Notes under the pieces: generated by a model
The model's database searches: none
Told to the model about the DNA's origin: nothing
What the model saw: the letters and a program-made list of their open reading frames with translations, nothing else
Shown here: positions 57,698 through 64,000 of the stretch, piece after piece
How the letters are laid out: every line of letters begins with the position of its first letter
Position numbering within the stretch: the stretch's first letter is position 1
Program-made: the position numbers and the translations under genes
Origin: Hydrurus foetidus
Taxonomy: Eukaryota
Assembly (NCBI GenBank): GCA_900617105.1
Contig: UYFQ01000023.1
Location: 186,001 to 250,000 of the forward strand
Length of the DNA stretch: 64,000 bases
Reading direction: 5' to 3'

Positions 57698-58090
57698 ATG
57701 AAAATCACCGGAACCTTTGAAGTCAGCTTGAAACCCTTGGACTTGAGCGTGCAAGGCAGCCATGGCATCCAACTCGGGCGGATGTCGATCAACAAGACCT
57801 TCAGCGGTGAGCTGAGCGCAACGAGCCAAGGCGAAATGCTGAGCGCCATGACGGCGACCAAAGGCTCTGCTGGGTATGTGGCGATAGAGCAAGTCACAGG
57901 AACGCTGGCCGGAAAAACCGGCAGCTTTGTGCTGCAACACTTCGGCACCATGAACCGAGGAAGCGACCGCCTCGTCCTCGAAGTGGTGCCCGATTCAGGC
58001 TCGGGTGAGTTGTCGGGCTTGGTCGGAACCATGCAGATCAAGCGCGAGGGTGGCCTGCACAGTTATGAATTTGAGTACATGCTGGCCTGA
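57698..58090 (+). CDS. DUF3224 family protein
   Basis: GSAGYVAIE, GSFVLQH, VVPDSGSGEL. Confidence 0.85.
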   Translation: MKITGTFEVSLKPLDLSVQGSHGIQLGRMSINKTFSGELSATSQGEMLSAMTATKGSAGYVAIEQVTGTLAGKTGSFVLQHFGTMNRGSDRLVLEVVPDSGSGELSGLVGTMQIKREGGLHSYEFEYMLA

Positions 58091-58166
58091 TACGGTCATC
58101 CCCTCGCGCTCTTTAGAATTCAGCTTTTCAAACCGACAAGCGCACAGGCGCAACAAGAAACGTACC

Positions 58167-58814
58167 GTGAGCTTTTTAAACCAACTCAAATCGCAAGCCA
58201 CCGCCTTGCAGCAGACGCAAAACGCGCAGCAATTCAATCTGGTTGAAAGCACCGCATCCACTGAAGCGGCGTTTCAGCGTGCTTGGTTTTACCTGGATGA
58301 TTTAGCCAAGCAACTCAACGTCCTCACGCCCCCAGGCCCAGCTTTGAGCCTGGACGGCAAAACACACTGGCCGCCGATGCGCTTGACAGGGTTTCGTGTG
58401 GATGCGCGCAAAAAGATGGTACGCAACCAAGAGGTGTACGACTACATCGGCCTTTGGTGGCGCATCTTGCCGCAGAGTGGGCAGGCGGAGTCGGGCGAAG
58501 TCAGCGTGAATTTCCCGCCCGATTTGCAGCGTGTGGAGTCTCGCCTCGCGCTCGGGCATGTCAAGCATGAACGCAAAGATGTACGCCACCCCGAGAAAAA
58601 CAGCCTGCTGGCCGTCCGTTTTCTGCATACCAACGAAAGTCGGGGCACGGTGACGTTGACCGCTGACCACGACAAAGGCGAGATGGCCTGCCGCATCGCC
58701 AATGCGCGGGGGTTTGAGGTGCAGAACACGACCAAACTGTCGTCCACCGTGGACACACCGATGCTGGACGAACTGGCCAAACTGATTGTGGGACAAACCA
58801 GCCGGTTTATCTGA
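58167..58814 (+). CDS. Conserved hypothetical protein
   Basis: GTG start (SFLNQLKSQA), host-like codon usage. Confidence 0.7.
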   Translation: MSFLNQLKSQATALQQTQNAQQFNLVESTASTEAAFQRAWFYLDDLAKQLNVLTPPGPALSLDGKTHWPPMRLTGFRVDARKKMVRNQEVYDYIGLWWRILPQSGQAESGEVSVNFPPDLQRVESRLALGHVKHERKDVRHPEKNSLLAVRFLHTNESRGTVTLTADHDKGEMACRIANARGFEVQNTTKLSSTVDTPMLDELAKLIVGQTSRFI

Positions 58815-58818
58815 AAGC

Positions 58819-59472
58819 TCAAGGGCATAGAGCAGCTTGCTGGGTGCGGTAGCCCATCTGCTGCGCCACAAAACCATCAAACGCAGCCAGCAAAGGCGCA
58901 AAAGCCTCGGGGCTCTGCGCCAGTTGTCCCAGCGCTGCGCAAGTCGCCTCCAACGTGGAAAGCTGATCGGGGCGGTGCGCTTTGCGAATCAGGTAGTGGG
59001 ATGCGGGCATATCGCGCAAGGGCATACGCGGCAACTGCTGCAACAGCGGGTTGAGGAACAGCATCTTGCGGCTTTTACGCCATGTGCCGTCCAGCACGAT
59101 CAGGCGCAACTGCGTGGGGTCGCTCAAGGCAGCGAGGCTTAACTGAGGCGGCGGTGCAGTTTGCTGACCGGGCAGGGTTTCGGGATACAGCAAAACCGAA
59201 TTCTTGGTGCCCTTTGACAAGGGCTGACCGGGCAGTGGCTGGGTCAGCAGGGCTTGGAGCGCCGTTTCGTCAAACACCTCGCCCGTCACCAAATGGCTGC
59301 GGGACAAGCTGAGGCACAGCAGGCGCGCGCTGCCTTTGGGGTTGTCCACTTCCAGCAGATGCTGCAAAACCACGACTTCGACAGTGTGCGCGGTAGGGGT
59401 GATCCATTGGCAGATGCAGGCCGTTTGCGGGCGTGTGCAGGTGGTGCAGCTGAGGCGTTGGACTGTACTCAT
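58819..59472 (-). CDS. DTW-domain tRNA-uridine aminocarboxypropyltransferase
   Basis: CxxC...CxC, LDGTWRK, LSTLEA. Confidence 0.9.
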   Translation of the reverse strand: MSTVQRLSCTTCTRPQTACICQWITPTAHTVEVVVLQHLLEVDNPKGSARLLCLSLSRSHLVTGEVFDETALQALLTQPLPGQPLSKGTKNSVLLYPETLPGQQTAPPPQLSLAALSDPTQLRLIVLDGTWRKSRKMLFLNPLLQQLPRMPLRDMPASHYLIRKAHRPDQLSTLEATCAALGQLAQSPEAFAPLLAAFDGFVAQQMGYRTQQAALCP

Positions 59473-60455
59473 GTCGCCCTCGACCGTTCAGAAAAACCAG
59501 ACGAATCCGGCAAACACCCCAACCGATCCTCCACAAACGCCAAAAACCGCCTCAGCGCTGGGCTGCTGCCTTGGCTTGCCCATACCAAGCTCGTCTCGCA
59601 CCCCGGCATGGGCACGCCTCGCTGGCCCACCACCTTGCGGTACACAACGCCTGGGCGCTGGAACTGCATCACGCTTTCGGGCACCCAGGCCACGCCCAAT
59701 CCGGCGGACACCAGGTTGACGATGGTTTGCATTTGAATGGCTTCTTGCGCGACTACGGGCGCGGTGCTGGCGGCGTGGTAAAGCGCAAAGAGGGCATCGT
59801 AGAGGGAAGGCACGATACGGCGCGGGAAGATCACCACGGGTTCAGGCAGCACGTCAGACAAAGGCAACACGGCTACGTGGGCTAAGCGGTGCTGCGAGGG
59901 CATGGCCAACACCAGGGGTTCTTGCGTGATGCTGCGGCGGGCCAAACCGGCAGGCTCGAAGCCGGGGGAATGCAGCATGAAACCAGCGTCCATGTCGCCT
60001 CGGGCCAGCATCTGCAACTGCACGTCGCCGGTGGCTTCCAGCAAATCCAGCTCCACTTTGGGGTACTGCTCGCGGAACGCCCGCACCCACTGGGGCAACA
60101 GGTCGTAGCCCACGGTGGAGACGAACGCCAAGCGCAAATGCCCGACCTCCCCCGCCGCCGCCGAACGGGCGTGGGCTGGAAGTGCTGCGGCGCGGGCCAG
60201 CAAATCACGCACCTCGGGCAGCAGCGCCACCCCGGCAGCACTGAGCTGCACACTGCGCTTGGTGCGGTCGAACAGGCGCAGACCCAGCGTGGATTCGAGC
60301 TGCGCAATCGCTTGGGTGAGCGGCGGCTGGGTCATGTGCAGGCGCACTGCGGCACGGCCAAAGTGCAGCTCTTCGGCCAACACGAGAAACTGCTGCCAGA
60401 CGCGCAGCTCCACGGTACGCACGGCAGGGTCATGCACAGGGGGGGTCAGCATCAT
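59469..60455 (-). CDS. LysR-family regulator
   Basis: EELHFGRAAVRLHMTQPPLT HTH; divergent from ilvD. Confidence 0.92.
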   Translation of the reverse strand: MMLTPPVHDPAVRTVELRVWQQFLVLAEELHFGRAAVRLHMTQPPLTQAIAQLESTLGLRLFDRTKRSVQLSAAGVALLPEVRDLLARAAALPAHARSAAAGEVGHLRLAFVSTVGYDLLPQWVRAFREQYPKVELDLLEATGDVQLQMLARGDMDAGFMLHSPGFEPAGLARRSITQEPLVLAMPSQHRLAHVAVLPLSDVLPEPVVIFPRRIVPSLYDALFALYHAASTAPVVAQEAIQMQTIVNLVSAGLGVAWVPESVMQFQRPGVVYRKVVGQRGVPMPGCETSLVWASQGSSPALRRFLAFVEDRLGCLPDSSGFSERSRAT

Positions 60456-60598
60456 CTTGTTCTCGCCTTATTCATATGCCATACATATTAATAGAGACTG
60501 ACAAATAGATTGGACGAGATAAAACAAGTCCGCGCATACTCAGCCCCGCGACAATCTTTTCAAAACACCCCACGACACTTTCCACAGGAGCCACCGAC

Positions 60599-62296
60599 AT
60601 GAGCGAACACAAAGTCATCATGATGAACCCGCGCAGCCAAAACATCACCCAAGGCAAATCCCGTGCGCCTAACCGCAGCATGTACTACGCGATGGGCTAC
60701 GAGGCGGGTGACTTCACCAAGCCGATGATTGGTGTCGCCAACGGCCACAGCACCATCACGCCGTGCAACAGCGGCTTGCAAAAGCTGGCCGATGCCGCGA
60801 TTGCTGCGATTGAAGAAGCAGGCGGTAACGCCCAAGTGTTCGGGACGCCCACCATCTCGGACGGCATGGCGATGGGCACCGAGGGCATGAAGTACTCGCT
60901 GGTGTCACGCGAAGTGATTTCAGATTGCATCGAAACCTGCGTGCAAGGCCAGTGGATGGACGGCGTGCTGGTGGTCGGGGGCTGCGACAAAAACATGCCC
61001 GGCGGCCTGATGGGCATGTTGCGCGCCAATGTGCCTGCGATTTACGTCTACGGCGGCACCATTTTGCCGGGCCGCTACAAGGGCCAAGACCTGAACATCG
61101 TGAGCGTGTTTGAAGCCGTTGGCCAGAACGCCGCAGGCAACCTGAGTGACGAAGACCTGCTGGAAATCGAAAAACGCGCCATCCCCGGCACCGGCTCGTG
61201 CGGCGGCATGTACACGGCCAACACCATGTCCAGCGCGTTCGAGGCATTGGGCATAAGCCTGCCCTACTCGTCCACGATGGCGAACCCGCACGACGAAAAG
61301 CTCAACTCGGCCAAAGAATCGGCCAAGGTACTGATCAACGCGGTGAAAAACGACATCAAACCGCGTGACATCGTGACCAAAAAGTCGATTGAAAACGCCG
61401 TTGCCGTCATCATGGCAACGGGCGGCTCGACCAATGCCGTGCTGCACTTCTTGGCCATCGCCCACGCCGCTGAAGTGGAATGGACGATTGACGATTTCGA
61501 GCGCGTTCGCGTCAAAACCCCCGTGCTGTGCGATTTGAAGCCCTCTGGCAAGTACCTCGCCGTTGATTTGCACCAAGCTGGTGGCATCCCGCAAGTGATG
61601 AAAACGCTGCTGGCCGCAGGCCTGCTGCACGGCGACTGCCTGACCATCAGCGGCCAAACCATTGCGCAAGTGCTGGCCGATGTGCCCGATGTGCCACGTG
61701 CCGACCAGGACGTGATTCGCCCTATCGACAAACCCATGTACGCCCAAGGCCACTTGGCGATTTTGAAAGGCAACCTCAGCCCCGAAGGCGCAGTGGCCAA
61801 AATCACCGGCTTGAAGAACCCCGTCATCACCGGCCCAGCACGGGTGTTTGAAGACGAACAAACCGCTCTGGCCGCGATTTTGGCAGGCAAGATTGTGGCG
61901 GGCGACGTGATGGTGCTGCGCTACTTAGGCCCCAAAGGCGGCCCAGGAATGCCTGAAATGCTGGCCCCCACCGGCGCGCTGATTGGCGCTGGTTTGGGCG
62001 AAAGCGTGGGCTTGATTACCGATGGCCGCTTCTCCGGCGGCACCTGGGGCATGGTGGTAGGCCACGTCGCCCCCGAAGCCGCTGCGGGCGGGTTGATTGC
62101 GCTCATCCACGAGAACGACAGCATCACCATTGACGCCCGCCAGTTGTTGCTGGAATTGAACGTGCCCGAGGCTGAAATCGCCATCCGCCGTGCAGGCTGG
62201 ACAGCGCCTAAGCCACGCTACACCCGTGGTGTGCAGGCCAAGTTCGCGTTCAATGCATCGAGTGCCAGCAAAGGCGCGGTGCTTGACGACTATTGA
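60599..62296 (+). CDS. ilvD: Dihydroxy-acid dehydratase
   Basis: [36 protein letters not shown]. Confidence 0.97.
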   Translation: MSEHKVIMMNPRSQNITQGKSRAPNRSMYYAMGYEAGDFTKPMIGVANGHSTITPCNSGLQKLADAAIAAIEEAGGNAQVFGTPTISDGMAMGTEGMKYSLVSREVISDCIETCVQGQWMDGVLVVGGCDKNMPGGLMGMLRANVPAIYVYGGTILPGRYKGQDLNIVSVFEAVGQNAAGNLSDEDLLEIEKRAIPGTGSCGGMYTANTMSSAFEALGISLPYSSTMANPHDEKLNSAKESAKVLINAVKNDIKPRDIVTKKSIENAVAVIMATGGSTNAVLHFLAIAHAAEVEWTIDDFERVRVKTPVLCDLKPSGKYLAVDLHQAGGIPQVMKTLLAAGLLHGDCLTISGQTIAQVLADVPDVPRADQDVIRPIDKPMYAQGHLAILKGNLSPEGAVAKITGLKNPVITGPARVFEDEQTALAAILAGKIVAGDVMVLRYLGPKGGPGMPEMLAPTGALIGAGLGESVGLITDGRFSGGTWGMVVGHVAPEAAAGGLIALIHENDSITIDARQLLLELNVPEAEIAIRRAGWTAPKPRYTRGVQAKFAFNASSASKGAVLDDY

Positions 62297-62332
62297 ACGG
62301 GGAAGCAAGGATGACGGCTGCCCCCGCTGACT

Positions 62333-62572
62333 TTATTTGCGGGGGCGCTTGATTCCCAAAGCTTCACGGCTTCTGTCAACGCGGGCTTTTTTGATCTTGT
62401 CCAAGCGCTCCATGGCGCGGCGCTTGGTGTAGCCCGACCAATCGGCCCAGCTCCACCACAGCACGGCCAAACCGAAAGGCACGAGCACCTGCCACCATTC
62501 CCAGATGGCAACAGGGCCGATTTCCAGGTATTTGAGTACCAGCAGCACGATGCCAAGACCTAAAAAGTACAT
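62333..62572 (-). CDS. Small Trp-rich membrane protein (TIGR04438-like)
   Basis: WEWW...WWSWADWSGYTKRR pattern. Confidence 0.75.
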   Translation of the reverse strand: MYFLGLGIVLLVLKYLEIGPVAIWEWWQVLVPFGLAVLWWSWADWSGYTKRRAMERLDKIKKARVDRSREALGIKRPRK

Positions 62573-62722
62573 ATCCAACTCCAAATTCACGTTGTTTTGT
62601 TTTTAACAGCTCGCAGAGAATAACCGCGTCAGCAACAGGTCAACCGCACTGCCTACAATCACGTTGAACCCTTAAGCAGCACAGACCACTGTGCCCCAGC
62701 ACAACAACCTCACGAGAAAATT

Positions 62723-63037
62723 ATGAAGCGTACCTTGTTAGCTTTGCTTGCTCTTTCCGCTGCCGTCGCAGCCACCACCCCTGCTTTTGCAGACCAAGCC
62801 TTGGCGACAGCCAAAAACTGCATGGCCTGCCACGCTGTTGATAAAAAGCTGGTTGGCCCCGGCTACAAAGACGTTGCCGCTAAATACGCGGGCGACAAAG
62901 GCGCAGTGGACAAACTCGCCGCCAAAATCATCGCCGGTGGTTCGGGCGTCTGGGGGCCAGTGCCCATGCCTGCCAATGCGCAAGTGAACCCCGCAGAAGC
63001 CAAAAAGCTCGCGGCTTGGGTGCTGAGCCTGAAGTAA
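62723..63037 (+). CDS. Cytochrome c551/c552
   Basis: Signal peptide, CMACH, GVWGPVPMP. Confidence 0.93.
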   Translation: MKRTLLALLALSAAVAATTPAFADQALATAKNCMACHAVDKKLVGPGYKDVAAKYAGDKGAVDKLAAKIIAGGSGVWGPVPMPANAQVNPAEAKKLAAWVLSLK

Positions 63038-63100
63038 TTCAATACCTCAATACCTTCTGCGCTGTCGATTGGGCCATGCTGAACAGGCAGGCCTCGCCTG

Positions 63101-64000
63101 TCACAAGGTGTCCAATTGACTGCGCAGGGCATTGGCTTGGTTCTTGAACGCAGCGACGGCTTGAGGAGTCATCCGCTCTAGCTGACGGTACACCATGCCA
63201 ATGCGCGGATTTTTGGCGAGTTTTTCGCTGTGGCAGGCATGAAAATCCCAGTACAGCGCGTTAAATGGGCAAGCGCGTTCGCCTTCCCTTAATTTTTTGT
63301 CATAGTGGCAACCCTTGCAGTAGTCACTCATGCGGTCGATGTAGGCAGCGCTGGACACATAGGGCTTGGTAGCCAGCAAGCCACCGTCAGCAAACTGGCT
63401 CATACCTACTGTATTCGGCAATTCGACCCACTCAAAAGCGTCGATGTAAACCCCTAAATACCAGCGGTGCAACGCAAAAGGATCCAAACCTGCCAGGAGC
63501 GCAAAGTTGCCAATGACCATCAGGCGTTGAATATGGTGTGCATGGGCTTGTTCTAGAGACTGGCCAATCGCATGGGCCATACAGCGCATCTGGGTTTCAC
63601 CGGTCCAAAACCAACGGGGCAGCGGTTGGGTATGACCAAACACATTGCTGTGCTCATACGCAGGCATGTGAGCCCAGTAGAAGCCGCGCACATACTCACG
63701 CCATCCCAGAATCTGACGAATAAAACCTTCGGCGGCGGCCAACGGTGCCAACCCTGCCCGCCCAGCAGCCTCAACCCTGGCAACCACCTCTTGCGGGTTG
63801 ATCATCTTGGTGTTGAGCGAAAAAGACAGCAGGGAATGAAACAAGCGCCACCCCTTGCTGCTCATCGCGTCCTGAAAATCCCCAAAATGCGGCAATGCAT
63901 GCCGTACGAACGCATCCAGATGAAGCAGTGCCTCAGCACGGTTCAACGGCCATGCCAAGTTATCCGCATGGGGCGCACCAAAGCTCTTGACACCAGCGGC
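63101..64000 (-). CDS. FeS cryptochrome/(6-4) photolyase (PhrB-like), 5'-truncated by the window
   Basis: RQILGWRE, HHIQRLM, YIDAFEWVE, YCKGC...ACPF Cys cluster; frame open to the window edge. Confidence 0.92.
   Translation of the reverse strand, partial: AAGVKSFGAPHADNLAWPLNRAEALLHLDAFVRHALPHFGDFQDAMSSKGWRLFHSLLSFSLNTKMINPQEVVARVEAAGRAGLAPLAAAEGFIRQILGWREYVRGFYWAHMPAYEHSNVFGHTQPLPRWFWTGETQMRCMAHAIGQSLEQAHAHHIQRLMVIGNFALLAGLDPFALHRWYLGVYIDAFEWVELPNTVGMSQFADGGLLATKPYVSSAAYIDRMSDYCKGCHYDKKLREGERACPFNALYWDFHACHSEKLAKNPRIGMVYRQLERMTPQAVAAFKNQANALRSQLDTL

Noticed and set aside
58817..58878. GCTC-N9-GAGC palindrome resembling the motif
   Set aside because: Lacks the conserved positions 25-26 and 37-39

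Overview
A mostly core-genome window from a GC-rich betaproteobacterium; gene content and order suggest Comamonadaceae (Rhodoferax-like; inference). Housekeeping and metabolic genes: mnmC (partial), aceA, rraA, hpnCDE, hemH, hslR, tRNA-Ser(GCT), TRAP and Liv-type ABC transporters, dxs-ispA-xseB, sseA, a malonate cluster, lgt, ilvD, cytochrome c and a partial FeS photolyase. Two things stand out. (1) A complete IS110 (IS621-like) element at 42510-43788. Its non-coding left end reads as a bridge RNA: all four guide segments match the element's own target (GCAAGAC-CT-GACCC) and donor (ACGGTAT-CT-CGTAT). Circularisation would create a TTGACT-N17-TATATT promoter, and the recombinase stop codon is supplied by the target. 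(2) A degenerate ~62-bp phased motif (GCTAY-N7-RTAGC-N7-RC-N10-WGC...T-tract) occurs about 12 times, 9 of them inside protein-coding genes. Also present: REPIN-like hairpin repeats, a relic integron-type GNAT cassette, a JAB-domain/small acidic protein pair, a small foreign patch (GreA-like gene, DUF3800-like gene) and several toxin-antitoxin or phage gene relics between core genes. All family assignments come from motif recognition by eye; no database searches were run.
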